From a bacterium (GTDB lineage Bacteria > Patescibacteriota > Saccharimonadia > Saccharimonadales > SZUA-47), in assembly GCA_030427445.1 (NCBI GenBank), contig JAUIBQ010000003.1, positions 1,931 to 65,930 on the forward strand: 64,000 nucleotides of DNA, in the 5' to 3' direction. Of the stretch, positions 39,419 through 51,080 are shown in pieces. Below the pieces are notes generated by a model. That model saw nothing but the letters and a program-made list of their open reading frames with translations. It was not told the DNA's origin and ran no database searches. Made by a program: the position numbers and the translations under genes. How positions within the stretch are numbered: the first letter of the stretch is position 1; every line of letters begins with the position of its first letter.

Positions 39419-42229
39419 TTATAGCACTTTTTTAAGATATTGTCCAGTGAAGCTGTCTTTTACTTTGGTGATTTGCTCTGGCGTTCCTGTTGCAAGAACT
39501 TTACCACCTCCTGAGCCACCTTCAGGCCCCATGTCTATGATGTGGTCTGCATTCTTAATCACATCTAAGTTGTGCTCGATAATCACCATGCTGTTGCCAC
39601 CGTCTACGAGAGCGTGTAAGACCTCGAGGAGACGGTTGACATCATCCATATGGAGTCCTGTTGTCGGCTCATCAAGTACGTAGAGTGTGCGGCCTGTGGA
39701 GCGCTTGGAAAGCTCTGTTGCTAGCTTCACTCGTTGTGCTTCTCCACCACTTAAAGTTGTTGCCGATTGACCTAATCGCATGTAACCCAAGCCTACCTGC
39801 ACGAGCGTTCCTAATTTTCTCTCAATCGAAGGAATTGCATTAAAGAACTCATGCGCCTGCTCAACTGTCATCTCCAAGATGTCAGCGATAGTTTTCCCTT
39901 TATAGCGTATCTCCAACGCTTCGCGGTTATAGCGTTTGCCTTTACACACTTCACACTGCACATACACATCCGGCAAAAAGTGCATCTCGATTTTTATAAC
40001 GCCGTCGCCCTGGCAGTTTTCACACCGACCACCCTTCACATTGAAGCTAAAGCGCCCTGCCTTATAACCACGAATCTTTGCTTCGGGCGTACTTGCAAAC
40101 AAGTCACGAATCGGTGTAAAGAGACCTACATATGTTGCAGGGTTAGAACGTGGAGTACGACCGATTGGTGATTGATCAATAATAATTACCTTATCAAGGT
40201 TATCAATACCCTCAATATCGTCGTGCCGCCCTACAGCTTCGTGAGCACGGTTTAATCGTACATGCAGCTCCTTCGCTAAAATATCATTCACAAGAGTGCT
40301 TTTACCCGACCCGCTCACACCACTCACAACAACCATCTTTCCAAGCGGGAACTCAACGTCAATGTTCTTAAGGTTGTGCTCACGTGCGCCTTTGATAACT
40401 AAGCTTTTATCATTGCCTTTTCTACGTTTTTTAGGTGTTTTAATCGATTTCTCACCGCGCAAGTATTGGCCAGTGATACTTTCCTTCACTTTCTCGACTT
40501 GATCTGGCTTGCCCTGAGCAACGACTTTTCCTCCATGTACTCCAGCTTTCGGTCCGATATCGACGAGGTAATCAGCAGTACGAATAGTGTCCTCGTCGTG
40601 TTCGACAACTATTACTGTATTTCCAAGCTCTTTAAGTCGTTTCAACGTCTGGATTAGTCGATCATTATCTCGCTGGTGAAGGCCGATCGATGGCTCGTCT
40701 AATACGTAAAGCACGCCCTCAAGCCCTGATCCGATCTGCGTCGCGAGGCGGATACGCTGCGCTTCACCACCACTGAGCGTACTTGCGCTACGAGCAAGCG
40801 TGAGGTAGCCAAGGCCGACTTGGTCTAAGAATCGCAAGCGGTCTTTAATCTCTTTCATGATTTGTTTCGCGATATCCATTTCTTGCTCAGAAAGTTTTAA
40901 TGAATCAAAAAACGCAACAGCATCTGCAACTGGACGCTCACAGACAGACATGATTGATTCACCATGCACTGTCACTGCTAACACTTCTGGCTTAAGGCGT
41001 TGACCCTTACAAACATGGCATGGGCGCTCGACCATAAATCGCTCAATCTCCCGTCGCATAAAGTCACTGTCAGTCTCTTTGTGACGACGCTCCAAGTTAG
41101 GTATGACTCCTTCATACGTTGTGTCAAAATGTCGACCACTCCCTAATGACACCGAATATTTCTCTCGTCCAGTTCCATACAGGATTTTTTCTAGCTGTGA
41201 TTCTTCAAGCTCACTTGTCGGGCTCTGCAATGAGAAGTTATATCGCTCAGCGACAGCCGCCATTTTCTTCATATTCCATGCATCTGGCGCCATTCGGTTA
41301 TACGGACGGATTGCACCCTCAGCAATCGTGAGCTTACCGTTTGGCAATACTAATTCAGGGTCGACTTCAAGTCGATTTCCCAACCCCGTACATGTGGGAC
41401 ATGCTCCATGAGGTGAGTTGAAGCTGAACGTTCGCGGCTCCATCTCAGGCGCATTAAAATCAGGATACTCAGGATTGTAGTAGCGCTGTGAAAACCGATG
41501 TACTTCACCATCGTCTTCAACATCAACCACGACCAACTGTCCGTCGGCAAGACCTAAAGCATTCTCCACTGCCTGGAAAATACGACTCTTCTGCTTCTCA
41601 TCATTCACGACACGGTCAACAACTATCTCAATGGTGTGTTTGTACTTTTTATCTAGCTCTGGGAACTCATCAAGTGCGTAAATCACGCCGTCCACACGGA
41701 CTCGAGCATAGCCCTGACGCTGGTACAGTTCCGGCACATGTGCATGCTCACCCTTTTTATCAACGATTACTGGCGCTAAAATCATCAATCTGTGCCCTTC
41801 TGGCAAACTTTCGACTCCCTTGGCGATATCCTCAATCGTCATTTCCTGAATCGGCTCGCCATCGGGCCCATGAGCAATACCAATACGCGCATAGAGCAAA
41901 CGTAAATAATCATAAATTTCTGTCACAGTCGCTACTGTCGAGCGAGGGTTACGGCTCGTAGACTTTTGGTCTATAGATATCGCCGGGCTCAAGCCTTCGA
42001 TGTAGTCGACATCTGGCTTTTCCATAAGCCCTAAGAACTGTCGAGCATACGCGCTCAAACTCTCAACATACCGTCGCTGGCCTTCAGCATAAATCGTGTC
42101 AAAAGCAAGCGAAGATTTACCTGATCCGCTCAACCCAGTAATAACTACAAGTGAGTTTCTCGGGATTTCAATATCTATGTTTTTCAGGTTGTGCTCTCGA
42201 GCACCCTGTACTTTTATCACCTCTGACAT
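39419..42229 (-). CDS. uvrA: Excinuclease ABC subunit A
   Basis: 936-aa ORF with two ABC modules (GLSGSGKSS and GVSGSGKST; two LSGGE signatures) and zinc-finger Cys pairs. Confidence 0.95.
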   Translation of the reverse strand: MSEVIKVQGAREHNLKNIDIEIPRNSLVVITGLSGSGKSSLAFDTIYAEGQRRYVESLSAYARQFLGLMEKPDVDYIEGLSPAISIDQKSTSRNPRSTVATVTEIYDYLRLLYARIGIAHGPDGEPIQEMTIEDIAKGVESLPEGHRLMILAPVIVDKKGEHAHVPELYQRQGYARVRVDGVIYALDEFPELDKKYKHTIEIVVDRVVNDEKQKSRIFQAVENALGLADGQLVVVDVEDDGEVHRFSQRYYNPEYPDFNAPEMEPRTFSFNSPHGACPTCTGLGNRLEVDPELVLPNGKLTIAEGAIRPYNRMAPDAWNMKKMAAVAERYNFSLQSPTSELEESQLEKILYGTGREKYSVSLGSGRHFDTTYEGVIPNLERRHKETDSDFMRREIERFMVERPCHVCKGQRLKPEVLAVTVHGESIMSVCERPVADAVAFFDSLKLSEQEMDIAKQIMKEIKDRLRFLDQVGLGYLTLARSASTLSGGEAQRIRLATQIGSGLEGVLYVLDEPSIGLHQRDNDRLIQTLKRLKELGNTVIVVEHDEDTIRTADYLVDIGPKAGVHGGKVVAQGKPDQVEKVKESITGQYLRGEKSIKTPKKRRKGNDKSLVIKGAREHNLKNIDVEFPLGKMVVVSGVSGSGKSTLVNDILAKELHVRLNRAHEAVGRHDDIEGIDNLDKVIIIDQSPIGRTPRSNPATYVGLFTPIRDLFASTPEAKIRGYKAGRFSFNVKGGRCENCQGDGVIKIEMHFLPDVYVQCEVCKGKRYNREALEIRYKGKTIADILEMTVEQAHEFFNAIPSIERKLGTLVQVGLGYMRLGQSATTLSGGEAQRVKLATELSKRSTGRTLYVLDEPTTGLHMDDVNRLLEVLHALVDGGNSMVIIEHNLDVIKNADHIIDMGPEGGSGGGKVLATGTPEQITKVKDSFTGQYLKKVL

Positions 42230-42278
42230 CGTCTATCTAGTATAGAGCCCTGAGACTCCCAAGGTCAACTATCGCTAC

Positions 42279-43040
42279 CTACGATTCGTGAGAGATATCA
42301 ATCTCTCCTGATTTGAAGTCGCAGGTGGGATCAATTAAATGTGCAAAAAATTGCTTTCTGACAAATTCTAGCACTCCTATGTCGAAACTCTGCTTACTTG
42401 GGTCATGTAAGTATACGCTTGCGATAGGGATAGATTTTTCGATACCGATATTTTCTGCATCTTTTTCGATGCCCATTGAGTTGATCTCCGGATACCCCTC
42501 TAACATTATAGTATTAACTTCATCGGTCACAATATCAAGTGCTGTAACAGATTGTTCATCCGTAAGATGCGTTAACTGAGTTAAAACGACTACCTTGTGT
42601 TTGTCTTCTTTATCTTTGACTGGATCAACTATTTTAACATCGTCAAATTTGTGAGACATTTCGCCAACGGTACATCTACCTATCTCTCCCGCCATACGTT
42701 TCCCAATCCTTGTCGGCATATCATCGCCACCAATTGCACCGATTGGTCTGTAGTTAGGGTCTTCATTTGTTATGAAACTAATAATTTCAGGTGGCGCATT
42801 TTGGATACCACCCTTGACCATGGAGCGGGCATAGTGCACGTATCGTAGGTCTGTGGTTGGACGAATTAAAATTGGTATAGCTCGTTGAGCTTGCTGTGTT
42901 TCATCATCAGTAACCCATCCACCTATCAAACCCAATTTCTTGACGAGCAATCGGTTGACGCCGCTTACTGCGTCACTTATGGCACTAGGTTCAACTGCAA
43001 CCATCGGAGTTGCGACCTCAACACTTATATTTTTTCCCAT
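42279..43040 (-). CDS. Hypothetical protein
   Basis: 253-aa ORF with no motif. It has its own consensus promoter and essentially no 5' leader. Confidence 0.55.
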   Translation of the reverse strand: MGKNISVEVATPMVAVEPSAISDAVSGVNRLLVKKLGLIGGWVTDDETQQAQRAIPILIRPTTDLRYVHYARSMVKGGIQNAPPEIISFITNEDPNYRPIGAIGGDDMPTRIGKRMAGEIGRCTVGEMSHKFDDVKIVDPVKDKEDKHKVVVLTQLTHLTDEQSVTALDIVTDEVNTIMLEGYPEINSMGIEKDAENIGIEKSIPIASVYLHDPSKQSFDIGVLEFVRKQFFAHLIDPTCDFKSGEIDISHES

Positions 43041-43051
43041 TATTGTGGGCG

Positions 43052-43080
43052 ATTATACTATTTTTATGCTTTTTTATCAA
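43052..43080 (-). promoter_or_regulatory. Consensus-like promoter giving a near-leaderless transcript for 42279-43040
   Basis: On the minus strand: TTGATA (43080-43075), a 17-nt spacer, TATAAT (43057-43052), then only 11 nt to the ATG at 43040. No SD is present. Confidence 0.55.
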
Positions 43081-43976
43081 TTAGAAGGTATTTCATGTAT
43101 GCCTAATGGCTGGAAAACAGTCGGTGCCATTGGTAGTAGAGGTCGACTAATTACAGTATCTTCATTTCTAGATTTCTCGTCTACTCTAAACACTGGTAGC
43201 CTAAAGGCAACATCTTCAAACCCAATCTCCGGTGCACCAGGCAAGCGTCTTGCGAAAATACTATTAATTATATCTATGTCTTGCTCGATGATCTCATCTG
43301 CTGGATGAGTTTCTTTACTGACTGAGAGCTCTATCAGTCCAGTACCTGCTGTGTCATCAAATATTCTGTTCCTGAGTGGTGCTACAAGTTCTAACTTTCT
43401 TGGGTCTTTTCCAGCTTGAAGGTCATGAAAGTCTGCCTGTATTTCTTTCTTCTTTTGTCGAAACGCTTCTTTACGGCCACGAGGTGTAAGTTTTGTATTT
43501 CTTCTACTACCATTACCGTCCATGAAGCAATCGAAAAGATTTGCCATCATATTAGGTGTCAGATATTGCAACATCAGAGCATCTGATGTCACAGCTTCAC
43601 CGAACTGTTGATTAGCATCCTTATAACCCATCCTACTCACATATTCTGCAATAGGATGATGCCCTGGCTTAGCACCACTAGATCTGACCCGTGGCAATAC
43701 TAAACGTCCAAGTGCTATCTGGACATCTTGTGTTCTTCTGAGTCGTTCATTGTACTCCTGTCTGTCCTCTCGATTCGCTGAACGATGCATCCCATCACGT
43801 GCTCGTTTTTCATGTCCTTTTTGAAAACCTAAACTTGAAGCCATCTGCGACACCCCTTTTTGTTTTATCTCTACTTGCTTATAAGATACTGCTAACCTCA
43901 TTAGAATACAAGCATAAGGACTGTGATATTTATCATGTGCGCTATAATAAAGCGCATGGATAAAAGACCTGAGCAA
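43077..43976 (-). CDS. Hypothetical basic protein
   Basis: 299-aa track ORF. The likely real start is MASSLGFQKGHEK at 43844, because the longer form overlaps the divergent gene. No motif. Confidence 0.5.
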   Translation of the reverse strand: MLRSFIHALYYSAHDKYHSPYACILMRLAVSYKQVEIKQKGVSQMASSLGFQKGHEKRARDGMHRSANREDRQEYNERLRRTQDVQIALGRLVLPRVRSSGAKPGHHPIAEYVSRMGYKDANQQFGEAVTSDALMLQYLTPNMMANLFDCFMDGNGSRRNTKLTPRGRKEAFRQKKKEIQADFHDLQAGKDPRKLELVAPLRNRIFDDTAGTGLIELSVSKETHPADEIIEQDIDIINSIFARRLPGAPEIGFEDVAFRLPVFRVDEKSRNEDTVISRPLLPMAPTVFQPLGIHEIPSN

Positions 43977-44423
43977 ACTAAGTCTAAAGACGCGAAGATA
44001 CGAGAGCGGAATAACCCTTTGTGGAAAGTTGTTTTAACGGACGCAGCAGGTGTTGGCTGCCTACTGTTGGTTCCGTTTCTTGGACCACTTCCTGGACCAG
44101 GTGGCATACCACTTCTTCTTGCAGGCTTCGGTTTTCTAGCAGTTAACCACGATTGGGCTGACTCAGCCGTCGACTATGTTAAAGAGCGTTCAGAGAGCTT
44201 ACGAAATGTGATATTTCCGGATGTGAAGTGGATACAATGGTTATGGGACATTTTCTGCGTGCTACTGCTTGTGGGCGGAACTTTCATGAACCTGCAAGTT
44301 GAGCATTGGTTCTGGAAGGGCATTAGCTATGGAGTCATGGCCGGATCAACAACACTATTTTTAATGAATCGTCACCGTATAGACTGGCTTGATAAACAAC
44401 TTCGTCGTACAGGTAAAAAATAA
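43923..44423 (+). CDS. PGPGW-type small membrane protein
   Basis: 166-aa ORF. GPLPGPGGIPLLLAGFGFLA resembles the PGPGW transmembrane family. The likely start is the ATG at 43956 (MDKRPEQ), 7 nt after a TATAAT (43943-43948), which would make it leaderless. Confidence 0.5.
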   Translation: MIFIMCAIIKRMDKRPEQTKSKDAKIRERNNPLWKVVLTDAAGVGCLLLVPFLGPLPGPGGIPLLLAGFGFLAVNHDWADSAVDYVKERSESLRNVIFPDVKWIQWLWDIFCVLLLVGGTFMNLQVEHWFWKGISYGVMAGSTTLFLMNRHRIDWLDKQLRRTGKK

Positions 44424-44438
44424 TCGTTTACAATAGTA

Positions 44439-44467
44439 TTGACTTTTTACATACTTTGTGGTATCAT
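44439..44467 (+). promoter_or_regulatory. Promoter with extended -10 for 44548-44847
   Basis: TTGACT (44439-44444), a 17-nt spacer ending in TGG, then TATCAT (44462-44467). An ~80-nt leader follows. Confidence 0.55.
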
Positions 44468-44547
44468 GAAATTATAGGGATTTACTAATAGTTAACTTTT
44501 ATCACAGGTGGAGGGCTGCTGGTTCTAAGAGAGGTGGTTGTCTACCA

Positions 44548-44847
44548 ATGTGGCAATTTATTATTTCTGGCTATGTGCCGGGGACAGATTTTCAAGTAAC
44601 GTTTGAAGCATGGACATTTTTTGTAACTGTTCTATGCTCCGCTGTATTACTATTTTTCATACTTCGATTTTCTGTATATGGCTCGATATCTTTTGTAGCT
44701 AACCACGACTTCACGACGCCTAACATATCTCAGCCACTTAACACACTAAAATCAGACATTACTACATTGGCTAAAAAAGCCGACAAGAAACTTAAGAAAA
44801 TTTATTCTGATAGCGACTATTTACGAGTTATCACTCGGCTCTGGTAG
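44548..44847 (+). CDS. Hypothetical small membrane protein
   Basis: 99-aa ORF with one to two hydrophobic helices. Its 3' end overlaps the convergent sbcB 3' end by 27 nt. Confidence 0.45.
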   Translation: MWQFIISGYVPGTDFQVTFEAWTFFVTVLCSAVLLFFILRFSVYGSISFVANHDFTTPNISQPLNTLKSDITTLAKKADKKLKKIYSDSDYLRVITRLW

Positions 44848-46254
44848 TATCGACTCTGCATACAGCTGAAGCTCAGTTAATAAGTATTCTTGGTCTGGAG
44901 TAGCGGTTTTTGCGAGTTCTTGGAGGCGTTTAGAAAAACGAGCTACTTTACTATTGGCACCACCCTTATAAAACACCGCTTGTTTATATCCTTCCCACCA
45001 TTCTCGTTGTTCAGGACTTAGTTTTTCTGGGAAATTCCTAGCGATGTAGAATGGTATGAGCTCTCTAACTTTCTTTGTTTTTACTTCATTCATAACTTTC
45101 GCTATATTATCAATGTTTGAACGCACGAGCTCCAGCTCCTGTTGAGCACGACCATCATAAAATCCACCATCATAGATTTGCTCATCCGCATTCTCGCTCA
45201 ACTCGAAACGTTGTTGCTGCTCGTTTTCAATGATGTCCAATGCTTTTTGACACTTATCCAAAAACTCTTTGTTTTTTAGAAGTGTATTTGCTCTCTTCAC
45301 TATTTCTTGAGTATGTATCGACAGCCTTTCCTGTGAAGCCACGTCAACAACTCCGAGTGGAGCGACTGCCGGACATTTATTCGCCATCATTGTCTTAAGC
45401 GGTGCTGTCTCGATGTTTTCGTCAAAACGAGCCTGCCAGTGCTTTACTAGCTCATCGACTGATTTCCTCATCCACTTTTCTGGATCTTCACGCAGGTTAA
45501 ACACGATAAATCCATCTCGACGCGGATGCTTAAATAAACTTACAACAGGGTTAGTCTTCAAAAACTCGCTTGAATACTTACCAGATGTATACACGAAAGG
45601 CTCAGGCTTCTCCGCAAGTTCAATGACTTTACTTTTCTGCCTCATCTGCAATAAATACTGGAACATCTGAGGTTGTGCTTCTTTCGCTTTTTGAGCTAAA
45701 GAAATCAACGCTTGTACATCACTAAGCGCGTCGTGAGCGTTTTCATGCAATAGTCCGTTTTCTTTCGCCATTAACTCTAGCTTGACTGTTGGCTTGCCAT
45801 TCAGATCAGGCCATTTGATACCATCAGGTCTTAAAGCTCGCATCATACGCATGACATCGAGCAGATCCCAACGACTTTTTCCATCTTTCCATTGCCACTG
45901 ATACGGATCAAATAAGTCTCGGTACATTAACCGACGCATAAACTCATCGTCAAATCGCACGGAATTATAACCAAGCATAATCGTGTCTGGCGTCGCGACG
46001 TTTTTTTGCACATACTCTGCAAGTTCTGCTTCTGTGATGCCTTCGCTTAAGGCTTTTTGCGGAGTGATACCATGCACCAACACTGCATCAGGTTCAGGTA
46101 ATACATCGTCGGCAATTTTAACTAAGATATTATCTGGCTCTCCGATAGGCTGCAAGTGCTCATCAGTTCTCTGGCCGGCAAACTGCATAATCCGCCCGTT
46201 TCGCGGACTTCCACTACTTGTTTCCAGATCGTAAAAGTAAAAACTAACTGCCAT
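44821..46254 (-). CDS. sbcB: Exodeoxyribonuclease I
   Basis: 477-aa ORF with a DEDDh exonuclease N-terminus (FYDLETSS...GYNSVRFDDEF...HDALSD) and an ExoI-type C-terminal domain. Confidence 0.85.
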   Translation of the reverse strand: MAVSFYFYDLETSSGSPRNGRIMQFAGQRTDEHLQPIGEPDNILVKIADDVLPEPDAVLVHGITPQKALSEGITEAELAEYVQKNVATPDTIMLGYNSVRFDDEFMRRLMYRDLFDPYQWQWKDGKSRWDLLDVMRMMRALRPDGIKWPDLNGKPTVKLELMAKENGLLHENAHDALSDVQALISLAQKAKEAQPQMFQYLLQMRQKSKVIELAEKPEPFVYTSGKYSSEFLKTNPVVSLFKHPRRDGFIVFNLREDPEKWMRKSVDELVKHWQARFDENIETAPLKTMMANKCPAVAPLGVVDVASQERLSIHTQEIVKRANTLLKNKEFLDKCQKALDIIENEQQQRFELSENADEQIYDGGFYDGRAQQELELVRSNIDNIAKVMNEVKTKKVRELIPFYIARNFPEKLSPEQREWWEGYKQAVFYKGGANSKVARFSKRLQELAKTATPDQEYLLTELQLYAESILPEPSDNS

Positions 46255-46292
46255 ATAACAGTTAGTTTACCATTTAGTGACTGCGATTCATG

Positions 46293-47018
46293 TTACTCTG
46301 CTTCAGCTACAGGAGATTCTAGAGCTTCTAGCTGGTCTGCTAATGCCCTTAAATCGTCAGCGCTTGAAGCTTTCACGTAAAAATCAGTAATCGCTCCTCC
46401 CATTGTATTAGGGAATGCACTTCTTATGTGAGCTTGGAAAGGATCAAGTACCTCTACTCTACCAAAAATTCTGTTTCTGCCGTCAAGCCCAGCAGCTTCT
46501 ATAGCACGCTTTACTTTTGCAATCTCTGCTTGAGTTTGAGCTTCTTGCTCTAAAGCCACCCCTAGGATTACTCTCCGTCCACTGGCGTTTACACAATCTT
46601 CATCAGAAGGGTATGTATTTTTTTCATCATATGGCTTAGAAATCTTTTTGGGAAGATATTCTTTACGTAGCAGTGCATCAATTTTAGTGGTTTGTTGTTT
46701 ATTTAAATCAGGTTCATAAAACCTAGGAAGAATTCCATCAGGGTATTCAATTATTGACTCGCTTATAAAGTCAGTACTATCAACTTGGGTATCGACTCGC
46801 CTCGGCAATCGAGGAATTCCGACAGAAGGTACTGTGCTCATCCAATCCCACGTTGGGTAACCATCTTCGATGTGAGCTAAATCACTTCTAGTAGTTGGTT
46901 CCGGAAAGCCGTATTGTTCTAATAATTCAGCATCTCTTCTTCGTTCTTCTTCAAATCCACTAGGCATGAATGGTATTTCATGTTCAGGTGTATTTTTTTC
47001 GCCAAATGCTCCAGCCAT
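46293..47018 (-). CDS. Hypothetical protein
   Basis: 241-aa ORF with no recognisable motif. Confidence 0.5.
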   Translation of the reverse strand: MAGAFGEKNTPEHEIPFMPSGFEEERRRDAELLEQYGFPEPTTRSDLAHIEDGYPTWDWMSTVPSVGIPRLPRRVDTQVDSTDFISESIIEYPDGILPRFYEPDLNKQQTTKIDALLRKEYLPKKISKPYDEKNTYPSDEDCVNASGRRVILGVALEQEAQTQAEIAKVKRAIEAAGLDGRNRIFGRVEVLDPFQAHIRSAFPNTMGGAITDFYVKASSADDLRALADQLEALESPVAEAE

Positions 47019-47061
47019 TTATTAATCTCCTAATAAATAATTTTATGGGACATATTATACA

Positions 47062-48507
47062 TTATTTACTATTTTTATGCAATTTTATATATGTTTCAAT
47101 GTCAAATTTTCTTTTAAGCCCGCTGTAGTTCATGTAGCGGATTTTGCCGAAGACTTCACGTTCTGTCCATGGACGATCGTGTACTCCGCATACCGACCAC
47201 ATGATACCCACGTACCCGTTTGGATCCCCGCCATCAAGATGATACTTGTCATTTAACTCGACTAAAATATCGACTGCTGTCTGCGCATCTGGAGTCCATT
47301 CTTTCACCTTCTTTGCCCAATACATCCTCATATAACCGTGTATTTTACCCGTACTCGTCATTTGTCGCTGAGCCGCGTTCCATGCCTCGTCATGTGTCTC
47401 TGCATTTTGCAATTCTTCTTTTGAATACTGATGCTCTCGCTTATCAGCATCGTGCTCACGAATAGTTTCCTGAGCCCAATCGTGAGCTCCACTAACAAGC
47501 AAGTAGTCGTCTTTGTAATAACAAAAATTGTCTGACAGTTCTTTCCTGACAATCATTTCTTCCAGCAAGACAGCCGCACTAGCTACCTTTTTATTCGAAA
47601 ACGAATTAGCTTGGGGCATCTTTTTAGACTCCAGCAAATGCAAGCTAGCACCTGCTCCGTTTACGACTGCTTGCAACTCTAGCGCTACGCGTAGACTCGA
47701 CAACTGACCGAAATGAAGATATGGGCTTAAGCCAGAAAGTGCATCTTTTGTTGGATCATTTCTGTCGTGTGCATATACTTCAAGCTTGTTATGAATGAAG
47801 TCGGCTAGTTTTTTTCGAGCAGCATGCTCACCTGGCTTGAAATCATATGAAATCCCAGTCGACACCAATTTATCTAAAATCGCATCAATATCCTTCTGCT
47901 GACTCCTTATCGAAGATGTCTTGCCTTTGAAATCATGAGGATGCTTGACTATATCATCAGGTGCTATTAGGTACTCACCAAAATACTTATGAACCTTAGG
48001 CCTAAATGTCGCAGCAGAAAACTCTTTTTTATCACTTGCTACCCAGCACGGAATCATATTGTGCGTGTCGACAACATACATCGGTATGTCTGGGTTCGAC
48101 TCAACCAATGAGTCGAGTAATGTACGAGGACCAGATAGCGGGTTAAAGTCGAAAAACACTACAGAAGGTTTTGACTCCTCAAAGAAACTGCCAAGCTCCT
48201 GTGAGGACTTACCAACAATCAGATGAAACACTATATTTTTATCTTTCAGTTCCTTTTCAACTACGCCCAAACCCTGCAGCATAAATTCATACTGCTCTTT
48301 CGTGCGGTGTCCTGTCGACTGATACAAACAGAAAGTAACAATGAGAGGGAGACTCTTTTCTATAGCGTGCTTCTGCGCAGCGATAAGTGCATGATTATCA
48401 TCAACTCGTTGGTCACGACTCATGACGTAGACAACACAATCGCCACTACCATTTGTGTCTGGCTTATTGATACATCTAATCCGAGAAGCAAGAGGTTGAT
48501 CAAACAT
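47062..48507 (-). CDS. phr: Deoxyribodipyrimidine photolyase, class II CPD type
   Basis: 481-aa ORF. The C-terminal GKIHGYMRMYWAKKVKEW...DPNGYVGIMWSVCGVHDRPWTEREVFGKIRYMNYSGLKRKFD is characteristic of class II photolyases. Confidence 0.8.
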   Translation of the reverse strand: MFDQPLASRIRCINKPDTNGSGDCVVYVMSRDQRVDDNHALIAAQKHAIEKSLPLIVTFCLYQSTGHRTKEQYEFMLQGLGVVEKELKDKNIVFHLIVGKSSQELGSFFEESKPSVVFFDFNPLSGPRTLLDSLVESNPDIPMYVVDTHNMIPCWVASDKKEFSAATFRPKVHKYFGEYLIAPDDIVKHPHDFKGKTSSIRSQQKDIDAILDKLVSTGISYDFKPGEHAARKKLADFIHNKLEVYAHDRNDPTKDALSGLSPYLHFGQLSSLRVALELQAVVNGAGASLHLLESKKMPQANSFSNKKVASAAVLLEEMIVRKELSDNFCYYKDDYLLVSGAHDWAQETIREHDADKREHQYSKEELQNAETHDEAWNAAQRQMTSTGKIHGYMRMYWAKKVKEWTPDAQTAVDILVELNDKYHLDGGDPNGYVGIMWSVCGVHDRPWTEREVFGKIRYMNYSGLKRKFDIETYIKLHKNSK

Positions 48508-48519
48508 AGCTATTAGTAT

Positions 48520-49652
48520 TTACGATTTATTATATTTCTCTGTAATCTTTTTGACTGTGTCTGCAACGTTATGCTGGTCTTTCGTTGTACTCACCCAGTA
48601 CCACCACTCAGCTCCCCAGGTATCGATATATGTCATGGAGGTTTGTTGAGCATACGAAATAGCGAGCTTCAGCTCCTCAGGATTCATCGACTTAAATTGC
48701 TCCTCCACGCTCATTTTCCACGTAGCACTCGGACCCCACGGCTCCATCTGGAGTTCGTGGATGACGGTATCTCTGTTTTTAATCAATAAAGTCAGATATC
48801 TTCGCACCTTATAGGCCTTAGGTTTGATGGATGTTTTAGTGTATTTCTTTTTATCTGAGCTATAGATGTTTCGGTAGACACTCGTCGAGTAAATATCTGG
48901 AGTGGGCGTGAGTAGAGGGAGACTGATAACTTTTGCAGTCGACATTATAATTGGTCGCAGTGGATCCAATTTCCTAATTACATTGAACTCTTTGTTTAGT
49001 CGTTTACGATCAAAATTAAATGATTCTCCAAAACTTCTAAGCCAAAATTCATTTTCCAGCTGCCAACTTTGAATCGTCGCGTTATCTATGTAGTGCTCAA
49101 TAACTCTTCTGTGATACTTTATATATTTTTGTTCAACCTCTTCATTTGAGAGTTCTTTTGTCCATTCCGGCAGGTGAGTTTCAGGCCACCTCGGTTGGCG
49201 CATGCCTATCGCGAGCGAGACGTACCCTCCGGCTTTTTCTATCATTTCTATTTGCTTATCAAGATCGGTGAAATCTATGTCGCCTTCGGTTGCTTCATAG
49301 ACATCCCAATAACTCATCAATCTAAATCGTCGAAACCCAAGACCTATCGTATACTCCAGCGCCTTCTGCCAATCCTCACCATAATGCCCACATTCTTTTA
49401 TAGAAAAGCTCACACCTACGTCTGACTGACCGGTAATCGAATCGACATTCTTAAACATTTCTATCGGTCGCCCAAGAGCATCAACAAAACGCAGTGCACT
49501 AGCAATGCAGACTATCATCAACGAAGTAATGAACAAGATTACCCACACCGAAAGTGACACACCACCAATCATAAAAACACTAAGCAAAAACATCCCTGAC
49601 GACAGAAATACTAATGAGCTTTGTAGTAGTTCTGATTTTTTCGTCTTATGCA

Positions 49653-49653
<1 letters not shown>
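48520..49653 (-). CDS. Membrane-anchored TIM-barrel glycoside hydrolase (clan GH-A-like)
   Basis: 377-aa ORF with two N-terminal TM helices. It shows the W..YE...G.ydF..lD pattern, and WQLENEF is a candidate acid/base NE motif. Confidence 0.45.
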
Positions 49654-50933
<1,280 letters not shown>

Positions 50934-50993
50934 TCATTATAGATGAGATGAGAAAAAGTATAAAGTTTTGAAGCTCAGCAATAAATCATAAAA

Positions 50994-51078
50994 TTAAATG
51001 GTGCAAAGCCCCGTAGTAATGCAAGGCATTTGCTAACGGGGTGAAATCTTAAGGAGTTAAAAGTGCAAATGGCGTGGA
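50994..51078 (-). repeat. Conserved stop-codon-proximal element, copy 2 (85 nt, with a 38-nt hairpin insertion)
   Basis: Same ends as copy 1 (TTAAATGGTG ... AGTTAAAAGTGCAAATGGCGTGGA). It also carries an internal CCCCGT...ACGGGG hairpin (51009-51041). The element ends 2 nt before the stop codon of 51081-52049. Confidence 0.7.
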
Positions 51079-51080
51079 AA

